This document shows, piece by piece, positions 9,461 through 19,738 of a stretch of 40,062 nucleotides of DNA. Source of the DNA: a virus (Duplodnaviria; Heunggongvirae; Uroviricota; Caudoviricetes); IMG/VR virus record IMGVR_UViG_2671180458_000005. One strand, given 5' to 3'. The translations under genes and the position numbers were made by a program. The notes beneath the pieces were generated by a model. That model searched no databases. It was not told the origin of the DNA and worked only from the letters and a program-made list of their open reading frames with translations. The number at the start of each line of letters is the position of its first letter. Positions within the stretch are counted from its first letter, which is position 1.

Positions 9461-10204
9461 ATGACACAGACTGAATCAGCGATTCTGGCGCATGCCCGGC
9501 GGTGTGCGCCGGCGGAGTCGTGCGGCTTCGTGATAAGCACCCCGGAGGGCGAACGGTACCAGCCCTGCGTGAATATCTCCGCAGAGCCGGAGGCGTATTT
9601 TCGTATTACACCGGAAGACTGGCTGCAGGCACAGATGCAGGGGAAGATTGTGGCGCTGGTCCACAGTCATCCCGGTGGTCTGCCCTGGCTGAGCGAGGCG
9701 GACCGGCGGCTGCAGATAAAGAGTGCCCTGCCCTGGTGGCTGGTCTGCCGGGGTGAAATTCACCGGTTCCGCTGTGTGCCGCACCTGACCGGACGGCGCT
9801 TTGAACACGGTGTGACGGACTGTTACACCCTGTTCCGGGATGCATACCATCTGGCGGGGATAACGCTGCCGGATTTTGTGCGTGAGGATGACTGGTGGCG
9901 CAACGGTCAGAACCTGTACCTGGACAACCTGGCAGACAACGGCTTTTACCGGGTGTCTCCGTCCTGTGCACAGGCAGGCGATATCCTGCTGTGCTGCTTT
10001 GGTTCATCGGTGCCGAATCATGCCGCCATTTACTGTGGCAACGGTGAACTGCTTCACCATATACCTGAACAACTGAGTAAACGGGAGAGGTATTCTGAAA
10101 AATGGCAACGACGAACGCATTCTGTCTGGCGTCACCGCCACTGGTCCGCATCTGCCTTCACGGGGATTTACAACGATTTGGTCGCCGCATCAGCCTGTAT
10201 GTGA
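9461..10204 (+). CDS. K: Tail tip assembly protein K (JAB/MPN plus NlpC/P60-like regions)
   Basis: Start chosen at ATG 9461 (MTQTESAILAH...); HSHPGG motif (JAMM-like) and later Cys/His motifs; 103-nt overlap with I as in lambda. Start uncertain (no obvious SD). Confidence 0.75.
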   Translation: MTQTESAILAHARRCAPAESCGFVISTPEGERYQPCVNISAEPEAYFRITPEDWLQAQMQGKIVALVHSHPGGLPWLSEADRRLQIKSALPWWLVCRGEIHRFRCVPHLTGRRFEHGVTDCYTLFRDAYHLAGITLPDFVREDDWWRNGQNLYLDNLADNGFYRVSPSCAQAGDILLCCFGSSVPNHAAIYCGNGELLHHIPEQLSKRERYSEKWQRRTHSVWRHRHWSASAFTGIYNDLVAASACM

Positions 10205-10740
10205 ACACGGCAGCGGAGGCCATCCGTGCCCTGTCGCTGCAGGTGCCGGGATTCCGGCAGAAACTGTATGAGGGATGGTATCAGTTACGCATTGCGGGCA
10301 GGGATGTATCTGAACAGGAGCTTCATTCCAGAGTATGTGAGCCGTTGAATGACGGGGATGTTATCCATCTGGTGCCCCGGACGGAGGGGGCAAAAAACGG
10401 CGGTGTTCTTCAGGTGGTGGCCGGTGCTGTTCTGGCTGTTGTGGGATATGTGTTCAGCTGGACCGGTATTGGTGCTGTCATCGGTAATCTTGGGGTGGCC
10501 ATGATGGTGGGGGGTATCACGCAGATGCTCACCCCCAGGGCGAAAACACCGTCTGCCACGACAACAGATAATGGTAAACGGAACACGTATTTCTCCTCAC
10601 TGGACAACATGATTGCCCAGGGTAACCCGATGCCGGTGCCTTACGGTGAAATGCTGGTTGGTTCACGACGGATATCCCAGGACATCAGCACCCGTGATGA
10701 GGGCGGAGATGGGAAAGTGGTGGTTATCGGGCGGGGATAA
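10102..10740 (+). CDS. I: Tail assembly protein I
   Basis: 212 aa; LASPPLVRICLHGDLQRFGRRI...YFSSLDNMIAQGN...GEMLVGSR matches lambda I as recalled; overlaps K 3-prime end. Confidence 0.85.
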   Translation: MATTNAFCLASPPLVRICLHGDLQRFGRRISLYVNTAAEAIRALSLQVPGFRQKLYEGWYQLRIAGRDVSEQELHSRVCEPLNDGDVIHLVPRTEGAKNGGVLQVVAGAVLAVVGYVFSWTGIGAVIGNLGVAMMVGGITQMLTPRAKTPSATTTDNGKRNTYFSSLDNMIAQGNPMPVPYGEMLVGSRRISQDISTRDEGGDGKVVVIGRG

Positions 10741-10778
10741 AAATAAAAAAATCCCGCAGAGTTAGCGGAGCTGCGGGA
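10741..10778 (-). terminator. Hairpin with A-tract on plus strand (reads as a minus-strand intrinsic terminator)
   Basis: CCCGCAG-11 nt loop-CTGCGGG at 10754..10778 preceded on plus strand by AAATAAAAAAA; no minus-strand gene identified that would use it. Confidence 0.35.
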
Positions 10779-10873
10779 AGAGATACGAAGATTAACTGTA
10801 AGGAGTTATTATTATGTCACAGCAAAAAAAACGGTAACGCAGAGAAATTATAAGCGCCACTGGGATTTTGTGA

Positions 10874-10898
10874 AAATGTGAAGAATTTCAGAAATTTT
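10874..10898. repeat. Copy 1 of conserved 25-nt box AAATGTGAAGAATTTCAGAAATTTT
   Basis: Exact 25-mer repeated at 11053..11077; contains palindrome AATTTC-A-GAAATT. Confidence 0.8.
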
Positions 10899-11052
10899 CT
10901 GTTGCGGAGCTGAACTAAAAAACGCTCCCGCAATACACCTGGATATTAACGGGAGGAACGAATAGTCACCTTAAGGAGTTGCGATTAATTGCTTTTATTG
11001 ACCGCAGGTAATCTACCCATCCGGCAAGGTTTCCTCCACGGGAATTTGCCGG

Positions 11053-11077
11053 AAATGTGAAGAATTTCAGAAATTTT
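11053..11077. repeat. Copy 2 of conserved 25-nt box AAATGTGAAGAATTTCAGAAATTTT
   Basis: Identical to 10874..10898; followed 14 nt later by a strong terminator hairpin. Confidence 0.8.
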
Positions 11078-11090
11078 ATTCCGTCATGAC

Positions 11091-11122
11091 ACAGGCACCC
11101 TCCGGGGTGCCTGTTGTTTTTG
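11091..11122 (+). terminator. Rho-independent terminator immediately upstream of J
   Basis: ACAGGCACCC-TCCG-GGGTGCCTGT followed by TGTTTTT. Confidence 0.7.
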
Positions 11123-11164
11123 GGCATAAACAGATTAAGACATCAGACAGGAGTGGGGGACAGA

Positions 11165-14100
11165 GTGGGTAAAGGGGGCGGCAAGGGGCACACACCGCGT
11201 GAGGCGAAGGACAATCTCAAGTCAACGCAGATGATGAGCGTGATTGATGCCATTGGTGAGGGACCGGTGGAAGGCCCGGTGAAGGGACTGCAGAGTATTC
11301 TGGTGAACAAAACCCCGCTGACGGACACGGACGGTAATCCCGTGATACACGGTGTGACCGCCGTCTGGCGTGCCGGGGAGCAGGAGCAGACACCGCCGGA
11401 AGGCTTTGAGTCCTCCGGGGCGGAAACCGCACTGGGCGTGGAGGTGACGAAGGCAAAGCCGGTGACGCGCACCATCACGTCAGCGAACATTGACCGTCTG
11501 CGGGTCACCTTCGGGGTGCAGTCACTGGTGGAGACCACCTCAAAGGGTGACCGTAATCCCTCTTCTGTCCGCCTGCTGATTCAGCTTGAGCGTAACGGGC
11601 ACTGGGTGACGGAGAAGGATGTCACCATTAACGGCAAGACCACCTCGCAGTACCTGACGTCGGTGATTCTGAATAATCTCCCTGAGCGCCCCTTTAACAT
11701 CCGGATGGTCAGGGAGACGGCGGACAGCACCACGGACCAGCTGCAGAACAGAACGCTGTGGTCGTCATACACCGAAATCATCGATGTGAAACAGTGCTAC
11801 CCGAACACGGCCATTGTGGGGCTGCAGGTGGATGCGGAGCAGTTCGGTGGCCAGCAGATGGTGGTGAACTACCATATCCGCGGCCGCATCATTCAGGTGC
11901 CGTCAAACTATGACCCGGAAAAACGCACCTACAGCGGTATCTGGGACGGGAGTCTGAAACCGGCATACAGCAATAACCCGGCCTGGTGCCTGTGGGACAT
12001 GCTGACCCACCCGCGCTACGGCATGGGAAAACGCCTGGGGGCCGCGGATGTGGACAAGTGGGCACTGTATGCCATCGGGCAGTACTGTGACCAGACGGTC
12101 CCGGATGGTTTCGGGGGAACAGAGCCGCGGATGACTTTCAATGCGTACCTGTCACAGCAGCGTAAGGTGTGGGATGTCCTGGGGGATTTCTGCTCGGCGA
12201 TGCGCTGTATGCCGGTATGGAACGGCCAGACGCTGACGTTCGTTCAGGACCGTCCGTCGGATGTGGTGTGGCCGTACACGAACAGCGATGTGGTGGTGGA
12301 TGATAACGGCGTGGGGTTCCGCTACAGCTTCAGTGCCCTGAAGGACCGGCACACGGCGGTGGAGGTGAATTACACCGACCCGCAGAACGGCTGGCAGACT
12401 TCCACTGAACTGGTGGAAGACCCGGACGCCATCCTGCGCTACGGGCGCAATCTGCTGAAGATGGATGCGTTTGGCTGTACCAGCCGCGGTCAGGCCCACC
12501 GTGCCGGACTGTGGGTGATAAAGACAGAACTGCTGGAAACGCAGACGGTGGATTTCACGCTCGGGTCACAGGGGCTGCGGCACACGCCCGGTGACATCAT
12601 TGAAATCTGTGATAACGACTATGCCGGGACCCTGACCGGTGGACGTATCCTGTCCATCGATGCCGCCAGCCGTACCCTGACGCTGGACCGTGAGGTGACA
12701 CTGCCGGAAGCAGGGACATCGACGGTGAACCTGATTAACGGCAGCGGTAAGCCGGTGCGCGTGGACATCACTGCACACCCCGCCCCGGACCGGATACAGG
12801 TCAGCGCCCTGCCGGATGGCGTGGAGACATACGGTGTGTGGGGACTCTCCCTGCCGTTACTGCGTCGTCGCCTGTTCCGCTGTGTTTCCATCCGGGAAAA
12901 CACGGACGGCACCTTTGCCATCACGGCAGTGCAGCACGTACCGGAAAAAGAAGCCATCGTGGATAACGGGGCCAGCTTTGAGCCGCTCTCCGGCTCACTG
13001 AACAGCGTTATCCCGCCGGCTGTGCAGCACCTCACGGTGGAGGTGAGTGCCTCAGACGGCCAGTATCTGGCGCTGGCGAAATGGGACACGCCGCGGGTGG
13101 TGAAGGGCGTGCGCTTCAGTCTGCGCCTGACCAGTGGCAGTGGTGAAAACAGCCGCCTGGTGACCACCGCCATCACTGCCGACACGGAGCACCGTTTCAG
13201 TGGCCTGCCGCCCGGGGAATACACCCTGACGGTCAGGGCGATAAACAGCTACGGCCGGCAGGGCGAACCTGCCACCACCACATTCCGGATTAATGCGCCT
13301 GCAGCACCGGCCAGCATTGAGCTGACGCCGGGGTATTATCAGATAACAGCAGTACCGGTGCTGGCGGTGTATGACCCGACGGTACAGTATGAATTCTGGT
13401 TCTCAGAAAAACGCATCACGGACATGGCACAGGTGGAAACCTCTGCCCGTTATCTGGGGACAGGCAGCCAGTGGAGTGTCTCCGGCCCGCACATTAAGCC
13501 GGGGAAGGATTTCTGGTTTTATGTGCGCAGCGTCAACCTGGTGGGGAAATCTGCGTTTGTGGAAGCCAGTGGCCGGGCCAGCAATGATGCGGAAGGGTAT
13601 CTGGGGCTGTTTCGGGAAAAGATAGGAAAACTGCATCTGGCACAGGGGATGTGGGAGCTGATTGATAACAGCCAGCTTGACGATGAGATGGCGGAGATGA
13701 AGACCACCATCACCGAAACCCGCAATGAAATCACGCAGACGGTCAGTAAAACCCTGGAAGACCAGAGTGCCACCATACAGCAGATACAGCGGGTGCAGAC
13801 AGACACAAATAACGACCTGGCTGCGCTGTACATGCTGAAGGTGCAGAAAACGAAAAACGGCATTCCGTATGTTGCCGGTATAGGTGCGGGGATTGAGGAT
13901 GCTGATGGTCAGCCCCTGAGCAATATACTGCTGCAGGCGGACCGTATCGCGATGATTAACCCGGAGAACGGCAACACCACGCCGCTGTTTGTGGCGCAGG
14001 GGAATCAGCTGTTCATGAACGATGTGTTCCTGAAGCGACTGTTTGCAGTGAGCATCACCTCGTCCGGCAATCCCCCGACGTTCTCCCTGACGCCGGAGGG

Positions 14101-14632
14101 CAGGCTGACGGCCCGCAATGCTGACATCAGCGGACATATCAGTGCGAACTCGGGCACGCTCAATAATGTCGTGATAGCGGAGAACTGTACGATAAATGGC
14201 ACGCTGAAAGCGGAGAACATTATTGGTGATCTTGTGAAATGTGCAGGGGTGGCTTTTCCGGTGGATGGTAGTTACCTTGCGAACGGTACACGAACGCTGA
14301 CGGTGTATGACGATCACAGCTTTGACCGGCAGATTATAATCCCGCCGATAATCTATGTCGGGTCAAAACAGGAATCCCGTACCAGTAATGACATCTGGAC
14401 AGAGTGCTTCCTGCATGTTGATCAGAACGGACGCCGGATTTATTCCGGCAGGTCAGTGACAGAGCCGGGAATTTTCAGCGGGATCATCGATATGCCAGCC
14501 GGTCATGGTCATATCACCCTGAGTTTTACCGTAAGTTCACGACGTCAGAACGGGAGTTTTGGCAGTTCACGTATCAGTAACCTTCAGGCGATAGTGGTGA
14601 AGAAAAACAGCGCGGGGATCAGCATCCGCTGA
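11165..14632 (+). CDS. J: Tail tip host-specificity protein J
   Basis: GTG start at 11165 giving (M)[21 protein letters not shown], matching lambda J N-terminus as recalled; GGAG 11 nt upstream; about 1155 aa; C-terminal ~150 aa look divergent from lambda J. Confidence 0.85.
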   Translation: MGKGGGKGHTPREAKDNLKSTQMMSVIDAIGEGPVEGPVKGLQSILVNKTPLTDTDGNPVIHGVTAVWRAGEQEQTPPEGFESSGAETALGVEVTKAKPVTRTITSANIDRLRVTFGVQSLVETTSKGDRNPSSVRLLIQLERNGHWVTEKDVTINGKTTSQYLTSVILNNLPERPFNIRMVRETADSTTDQLQNRTLWSSYTEIIDVKQCYPNTAIVGLQVDAEQFGGQQMVVNYHIRGRIIQVPSNYDPEKRTYSGIWDGSLKPAYSNNPAWCLWDMLTHPRYGMGKRLGAADVDKWALYAIGQYCDQTVPDGFGGTEPRMTFNAYLSQQRKVWDVLGDFCSAMRCMPVWNGQTLTFVQDRPSDVVWPYTNSDVVVDDNGVGFRYSFSALKDRHTAVEVNYTDPQNGWQTSTELVEDPDAILRYGRNLLKMDAFGCTSRGQAHRAGLWVIKTELLETQTVDFTLGSQGLRHTPGDIIEICDNDYAGTLTGGRILSIDAASRTLTLDREVTLPEAGTSTVNLINGSGKPVRVDITAHPAPDRIQVSALPDGVETYGVWGLSLPLLRRRLFRCVSIRENTDGTFAITAVQHVPEKEAIVDNGASFEPLSGSLNSVIPPAVQHLTVEVSASDGQYLALAKWDTPRVVKGVRFSLRLTSGSGENSRLVTTAITADTEHRFSGLPPGEYTLTVRAINSYGRQGEPATTTFRINAPAAPASIELTPGYYQITAVPVLAVYDPTVQYEFWFSEKRITDMAQVETSARYLGTGSQWSVSGPHIKPGKDFWFYVRSVNLVGKSAFVEASGRASNDAEGYLGLFREKIGKLHLAQGMWELIDNSQLDDEMAEMKTTITETRNEITQTVSKTLEDQSATIQQIQRVQTDTNNDLAALYMLKVQKTKNGIPYVAGIGAGIEDADGQPLSNILLQADRIAMINPENGNTTPLFVAQGNQLFMNDVFLKRLFAVSITSSGNPPTFSLTPEGRLTARNADISGHISANSGTLNNVVIAENCTINGTLKAENIIGDLVKCAGVAFPVDGSYLANGTRTLTVYDDHSFDRQIIIPPIIYVGSKQESRTSNDIWTECFLHVDQNGRRIYSGRSVTEPGIFSGIIDMPAGHGHITLSFTVSSRRQNGSFGSSRISNLQAIVVKKNSAGISIR

Positions 14633-14831
14633 ACATCGCGCCCCGGGATTGCCGGAAGGAGACAAAAACCGTACATTATGCGCGGGTGCCTTTGGCTGAT
14701 GGCCGGAGGGAACACCTGAAGGCCGGAAAGACGAAGGCCCCGGACAAACATTCATGTTTAACCCGAGGCCTGACGTTCCTACCTTCAACAAGTGGAAGGT
14801 TAGCGCCTCTCCGTAAAAGGAGCAAGCGTTT

Positions 14832-14972
14832 ATGTCGCAAAAACCGTTAAAAACCACCGTGATTTGTATCACGGTAGTGCTCATTATCTGGATCACCCAC
14901 ACTTCACTGTGCGAGTTCCGGTTCCGGATAGCGGGCGCGGAGATTGCGGCGTTCTTACAGTGTAAGCAGTAA
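14832..14972 (+). CDS. Hok/Gef-family type I toxin (small membrane peptide)
   Basis: 46 aa MSQKPLKTTVICITVVLIIWITHTSLCEFRFRIAGAEIAAFLQCKQ; N-terminal TM helix plus C-terminal LCE-RFR-G-E-AAF motif as in HokB; AAGGAG 8 nt upstream; not in supplied ORF track (under 60 aa). Confidence 0.75.
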   Translation: MSQKPLKTTVICITVVLIIWITHTSLCEFRFRIAGAEIAAFLQCKQ

Positions 14973-15066
14973 GAAACCGTGGCGGGGGAGAATATCCCCC
15001 GCCGACCGGTTGCTGAGGGTGGTCAGCCGGACGGCACCGTTTTAGCACCAACAAACCACAAATTTT

Positions 15067-15101
15067 ACCGCAGGCCGGGAAACCGGTACTGCGGTTTTTT
15101 T
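15067..15101 (+). terminator. Rho-independent terminator between hok-like gene and stf
   Basis: ACCGCAGGCCGGGAAACCGGTACTGCGGT followed by TTTTTTT. Confidence 0.65.
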
Positions 15102-15114
15102 ATGGGGGAAATCC

Positions 15115-16515
15115 ATGACAGTCAGAATATCGGGTGTGCTGAAGGATGGTACGGGAAAAGCGGTACCGGGATGCACGATAGAGCTGAAAGCGCGCCGTAC
15201 AACGGAGACGGTGATTGTCACCACGGTGGCGTATGGTCAGCCGGGGGAAACCGGCAGTTACAGTATGGATGTTGAGCCCGGGTTATACCGGGTGACGCTG
15301 AACACGGAAGGGTACGCGCCGTCATATGTGGGTGACATTCTGGTGAAAGCGGATTCTGCACCGGGAACGCTGAATAAATTTCTGATGGACCTGGAAGACG
15401 CACCGTATTACCCGAAAGCCCTTGCAGAGCTGGAAGCGGTGGCAGCGGAAATCCTGAAACGTGCGGAAGCCTCCGCAGCCAGTGCGGAGGAGGCAAAAAA
15501 ACGGGCAGAGAATGCGCGGGGACCGAAGGGGGATAAGGGGGACACCGGGCCGCAGGGTATTCCCGGGCCAAAAGGCGATACCGGCGAGCGGGGGCCAAAG
15601 GGTGAGCGTGGTGAGACAGGACCACAGGGGCTTCAGGGTGTGAAAGGTGAACGGGGAGAGAAGGGCGAAAAAGGCGAGCCGGGAGGGCCGGATGCGACGA
15701 CGGCACAGAAGGGAATTGTGCAGTTAAGCAGCGCAACGGACAGTGATGATGAAACGAAGGCAGCCACCCTGAAAGCGGTGAAAGCGGCAATGGACAAAGC
15801 GGACGGATGCCTGGAGAAAGCGAAAAACGGTGACGATATCCCGGATAAGGTGAAGTTTCTGAACACCGTGGGAGCAGCCAGAGTATACGGGCGGGACATT
15901 CATACGGGGGCCGGTGAATGGACCACGAGTGAGTTTGTGGCCTGGCTGAAAGAAAAGGGGGCATTTGACCAGCCTTACTGGATGATGAAGGCATCACTGC
16001 TTGCGGAATTTAATAAGGTCATCACGGATGTCGGACCGGGAAAACTCAATCTGGGAGGCTGCGCCATTGAGGTGATGGGGACGTATAACGCAGCCATAGT
16101 CCGGGTCACCATCGGCGAATACGGTGGCGATGGTTTTCTGAACGGCACGGTCTGTACCTGTACAGTTTACGGAGACACACAACGTTTTCACTGGCGGGTG
16201 GATTACAGCACAAAAAACAAGCCCACAACAGCAAGCCTGACAGTAAATGGCTGGGAGCGTGATGAAGTAACCGGTCGTTTGCGGCAATGGGGCAGTATTG
16301 AGGTAAGTGAGGATGATGGTAAGCTTATGACACAACACTCTATCCGTTTTCCTGTCGCTTTTCCGGTTGCTGCTCTGAATGCTCAGGTGTCTGCAGTGGG
16401 AGACCCCAACGTCATTAAGATGTATACCCTGTCGAATCCGTCATTAGTGTCTGTGACTCTGATAACAGTCAGGGGATGCTACGGCAAGTTTTCATGGGAA
16501 GCGATCGGATACTGA
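15115..16515 (+). CDS. stf: Side tail fiber protein with collagen-like Gly-X-Y repeats
   Basis: N-terminus [28 protein letters not shown] matches lambda Stf N-terminus as recalled; [37 protein letters not shown] repeats; [10 protein letters not shown] motif. Confidence 0.85.
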   Translation: MTVRISGVLKDGTGKAVPGCTIELKARRTTETVIVTTVAYGQPGETGSYSMDVEPGLYRVTLNTEGYAPSYVGDILVKADSAPGTLNKFLMDLEDAPYYPKALAELEAVAAEILKRAEASAASAEEAKKRAENARGPKGDKGDTGPQGIPGPKGDTGERGPKGERGETGPQGLQGVKGERGEKGEKGEPGGPDATTAQKGIVQLSSATDSDDETKAATLKAVKAAMDKADGCLEKAKNGDDIPDKVKFLNTVGAARVYGRDIHTGAGEWTTSEFVAWLKEKGAFDQPYWMMKASLLAEFNKVITDVGPGKLNLGGCAIEVMGTYNAAIVRVTIGEYGGDGFLNGTVCTCTVYGDTQRFHWRVDYSTKNKPTTASLTVNGWERDEVTGRLRQWGSIEVSEDDGKLMTQHSIRFPVAFPVAALNAQVSAVGDPNVIKMYTLSNPSLVSVTLITVRGCYGKFSWEAIGY

Positions 16516-16524
16516 GGGCATTGT

Positions 16525-16749
16525 ATGGAACAGTATGTTTTTTCACCGTCAGAGAATATGTTTTATCCCCTGTCCCTGCGGCCGGTTTATGAGGCAGCAG
16601 GGCGCTGGCCGGAAGACGGTATTGTGGTGGATTATGTGGTGTATAAAGTCTTTGCAGCGGATGCTGCACCGGCAGGTATGAAGCGGGGCGTCGGTGCGGA
16701 AAAAATGCCGGTCTGGGTGCCGGTATCGGAGGAGGGCACGGAAACATGA
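16525..16749 (+). CDS. Hypothetical small protein between stf and tfa (possibly tail fiber assembly-related)
   Basis: 74 aa ORF, ATGA overlap with following gene; no confident family recognition. Confidence 0.4.
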   Translation: MEQYVFSPSENMFYPLSLRPVYEAAGRWPEDGIVVDYVVYKVFAADAAPAGMKRGVGAEKMPVWVPVSEEGTET

Positions 16750-17414
16750 TGCATATCAGAAATTTTTCGTATTACACCCCGGCAGAGCCGGATGTTGCAG
16801 GCGCGATGTACCTGAAGTCTGAGGATGGTCAGGACTGGTATGAGTGTCAGGCGTTGTTTTCGCCGGAGACGCTGAAGGTGGTGTATGACAGCCGGGGTGT
16901 GATTACGGGATACGGTAAGGACACTGCGTTACTGTGGCCGGTGAACCAGAGTGTGGCAGAAGTGCCGGATACCCCGGAGAGCCGGAAAATTGACCTGAGC
17001 GGGCGCTGGGGCTTTGACGGGGAGAAAATCACGGACCTGCTGACCGCGGAGAAAGCGCGAGGGATGAAGGGCGATGAAATAAACGCGTGGCGTAATGCGA
17101 TGGAAGCGGCGAACTACACGTTTGAGCACAATGGGCGTAAATGGGACTACGGGAAGTCAACGCAGACGCGTCTTGAGCCGTCGGTGGCTGCAGCGAAAGC
17201 GGGGAAACTGCCGGAGGCGTTTTTCTGGACGGATGCGGAAAACAATGATGTGCCGGTGACAGCAGAAGAGCTTATAGCGCTGAGTGAAGCGGCAGAGCAG
17301 GCGATGTTCACTAAAGGGATGGAAATCCACATTCGCCAGCGCACCATGAAGAAGGAGCTGGAAAAGCTGACCAGTGCGGATGAGATACTGGCATACAGGG
17401 TGGACTGGAAATAA
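16746..17414 (+). CDS. tfa: Tail fiber assembly protein (Tfa family)
   Basis: 222 aa; N-terminal pattern (SEDGQDWYE...VVYDSRGVITG...AEVPD...GRWGFDG) resembles E. coli prophage Tfa proteins as recalled; position after stf. Confidence 0.65.
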   Translation: MMHIRNFSYYTPAEPDVAGAMYLKSEDGQDWYECQALFSPETLKVVYDSRGVITGYGKDTALLWPVNQSVAEVPDTPESRKIDLSGRWGFDGEKITDLLTAEKARGMKGDEINAWRNAMEAANYTFEHNGRKWDYGKSTQTRLEPSVAAAKAGKLPEAFFWTDAENNDVPVTAEELIALSEAAEQAMFTKGMEIHIRQRTMKKELEKLTSADEILAYRVDWK

Positions 17415-17905
17415 AAAGAAGGGGAGCGGATGCTCCCCTGATATCTGAGTAGTATGCTGTTTATCGTTATCATTCATCAAAAGAATATTACCGTATGGCA
17501 CGGCAGCAGAACATGAAATTTGTCTCAGAACTGCAAATCAGCATTACGGGTAGTCAGGCAGATAACACAACGGGATAAAAAAACAGCAAAATGCATTGAT
17601 AAAAAATTTTTACAGGTAGGTTACCGGGCGTTATGTGACGCATATCAAAAACAGAACTGTAACGGGAGATAACAGAATGATGGATTCTGGCGTGGAGTAA
17701 CGGCGCAATGCGTTCCGGGATGGTGTTTCTGAGAATGTGGCTGAAAACGCCCACAATACAGTAAGAAAAATCCTAATCGATTATATTAATTTTTACGGAA
17801 CTATTCGGAATACCCTTATGAAAGGCAACGAAGTGTCAGTATTTTTAATGTGTTCTGACACGCGTTGCTCTGTTTGTATACAAATCATTTCATAGGGTAT
17901 ACCAG

Positions 17906-19177
17906 ATGAACAAAAAATTCTCTAAGACTATTCTTTCTTCTGTTGTTGCCGGACTGTTGCTGGTAAGTAGTGGGGGTGTTGCAAAAGAGATTGATATTGG
18001 TGGTAAATATAAAGTTATTCTGACAGAGGAAACAGGTTCGGCAAGGATTGTGGATATAAATACTAAAAAAGATTTATTTGATGGAATTATTAATGCGAAA
18101 ACAGGCACTGTTACTACTGTAAACAAAAAAGAGATTCAATCTGCTATAGATAGTTTTTATGCCGCTAACCCAAAAATAAATAAAGATGATCCAAACATTA
18201 AACAGATGGTGGCTCAGGCTGCTGGTAATTCGGGGCGTTATACAGTCTCTTTACCCAGTGGGCTCCCTTCGTTAACGACTGAAAATATTTTCAATCTAAA
18301 AGTGACTGATATTGAAAAAATAAAATCTAATATTGATGGTGTTAATTCAGTTATCACCAGTAAAACTGCAAAAGATTACAATATTGCTATCAGTAACGGC
18401 ATGAGTTCAGAAGCTGCGCTAACAGCGGCTAAAGATGGTAATGGAGCGCTGTTACAGGAATTCAACCGTCTCGGCACAAATGTAAATGACCTGAAAAATG
18501 CCACTACATTTGCTCTTGATGAAAATGGTGAAATTACCTATGAAAAAGGAGTGGAAAGCATTCCTGTTAAGGATGTGGTTGCAGAGGTAAAAGCCGATAC
18601 AACAATTCGTAAGAACAAAGATGGCAGCTATACCCTGGATCAGACCGCGCCTGATACTGTTCGTGTGAACGCTGCAATTGTTGATCTGGATAAAAATCTG
18701 AAAGACAGAACCACTGTTGGCGTGAATTCAGACGGCAGCCTGACCACTGCTGAAGGAGCCACAAAAACTGTTGCGGTAAGTGAAGGCCTTGTTTCCCTGT
18801 CGGGAAGAACTGGCCGTATTGATGCTGCGGTTGGTGGCATTGACACCCGTGTCACCAAAAACACTCAGACTATCCAGAATCACTCCCGCCAGCTGCAGGA
18901 GCATAACGCGCGGCTGAACAGTCAGCAGCGTCAGATTCGTGAAAACCACGAAGAAATGAAACGTGCTGCTGCACAGAGTGCGGCACTGGCAGGTTTGTTC
19001 CAGCCGTACAGTGTGGGTAAATTCAACGCCACGGCAGCACTGGGTGGTTACAGTGACAAACAGGCTATGGCCGTTGGTGTGGGTTACCGCTTTAACGAGC
19101 AGACAGCAGCCAAAGCAGGTATTGCAGCCAGCGACGGTGATGTATCCTACAACGTTGGTGTGAACTTCGAGTTTTAA
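17906..19177 (+). CDS. Trimeric autotransporter adhesin with YadA-like C-terminal anchor (Eib-like family)
   Basis: 423 aa; N-terminal signal peptide; coiled-coil stretch ([42 protein letters not shown]); C-terminal beta-barrel anchor ending NVGVNFEF; low-GC, AT-rich upstream region. Confidence 0.65.
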   Translation: MNKKFSKTILSSVVAGLLLVSSGGVAKEIDIGGKYKVILTEETGSARIVDINTKKDLFDGIINAKTGTVTTVNKKEIQSAIDSFYAANPKINKDDPNIKQMVAQAAGNSGRYTVSLPSGLPSLTTENIFNLKVTDIEKIKSNIDGVNSVITSKTAKDYNIAISNGMSSEAALTAAKDGNGALLQEFNRLGTNVNDLKNATTFALDENGEITYEKGVESIPVKDVVAEVKADTTIRKNKDGSYTLDQTAPDTVRVNAAIVDLDKNLKDRTTVGVNSDGSLTTAEGATKTVAVSEGLVSLSGRTGRIDAAVGGIDTRVTKNTQTIQNHSRQLQEHNARLNSQQRQIRENHEEMKRAAAQSAALAGLFQPYSVGKFNATAALGGYSDKQAMAVGVGYRFNEQTAAKAGIAASDGDVSYNVGVNFEF

Positions 19178-19201
19178 TTGCGGACAGTGACATGAAGCAT
19201 G

Positions 19202-19234
19202 ACGGCAGGCAGGGGATTTGGCCTGCCGTTTTTT
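19202..19234 (+). terminator. Rho-independent terminator after adhesin gene
   Basis: CGGCAGGC...GCCTGCCG hairpin followed by TTTTTTT. Confidence 0.6.
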
Positions 19235-19264
19235 TCTCATGTGAGCATGAAACAGGGGGCTGCG

Positions 19265-19738
19265 ATGAAAGTGATTCTGGCGACCCGTAACCGTTATCTG
19301 GAGTACGGTCTGCAACAGATGCTGGAAGGTTACAGGGTGATACTGGCGAGGGAATTTTTTATCCCGGAGAACAGGAAGAGTGTACCGACCCATGATGAGT
19401 CCTGGGTGATTATCTGTGATGCTATGGTGAGTCGTCTGATGCGCTGTATGTTTCAGGGACGCCGTTATCTTCAACTGGATGCGGAGGAGATTACAGGGCG
19501 TCTGGAAACGGACAGGAAAATCCGTAACGGTGACTGGGAACAGAACACATACGCACGTCCGCTGACGATGTCAGAGATGGTGGTGATGTTTGGTTATGTA
19601 TACCGGGAGTCAAAGCCGTGTCATCTTGCCCGTGAAATGGGAATTCACACGAAGACAGTGAACACCTTTCTGTATATGGGGCTTGGTAAAAACGGCCTGA
19701 GGTACAGAAGTGTGAAGCATCTTGTGGGGCGGGCATAG
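19265..19738 (+). CDS. LuxR/GerE-type HTH transcriptional regulator
   Basis: Start at ATG 19265 behind AGGGGG; C-terminal segment LTMSEMVVMFGYVYRESKPCHLAREMGIHTKTVNTFLYMGLGK fits LuxR-type HTH pattern. Confidence 0.5.
   Translation: MKVILATRNRYLEYGLQQMLEGYRVILAREFFIPENRKSVPTHDESWVIICDAMVSRLMRCMFQGRRYLQLDAEEITGRLETDRKIRNGDWEQNTYARPLTMSEMVVMFGYVYRESKPCHLAREMGIHTKTVNTFLYMGLGKNGLRYRSVKHLVGRA

Noticed and set aside
11114-11164. ATG 11114 as J start
   Set aside because: Lies inside the terminator hairpin; the GTG at 11165 reproduces the lambda J N-terminus and has GGAG upstream.
12619-14317. Minus-strand ORFs of 201 and 304 aa
   Set aside because: Both are antisense within J, whose sense frame is continuous and lambda-like.
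14567-14902. 111-aa minus-strand ORF across the J end and hok-like gene
   Set aside because: Overlaps the J 3-prime end and the well-supported Hok-family ORF; no RBS.
15218-15997. 259-aa minus-strand Pro-rich ORF; also considered the Gly-X-Y coding repeats as a DNA repeat array
   Set aside because: Antisense of the collagen-like repeats of the side tail fiber; the DNA periodicity is explained by the coding Gly-X-Y repeats, not a CRISPR or satellite array.
18728-19474. 248-aa minus-strand ORF
   Set aside because: Antisense to the adhesin gene, which has signal peptide, coiled coil and barrel anchor on the plus strand.
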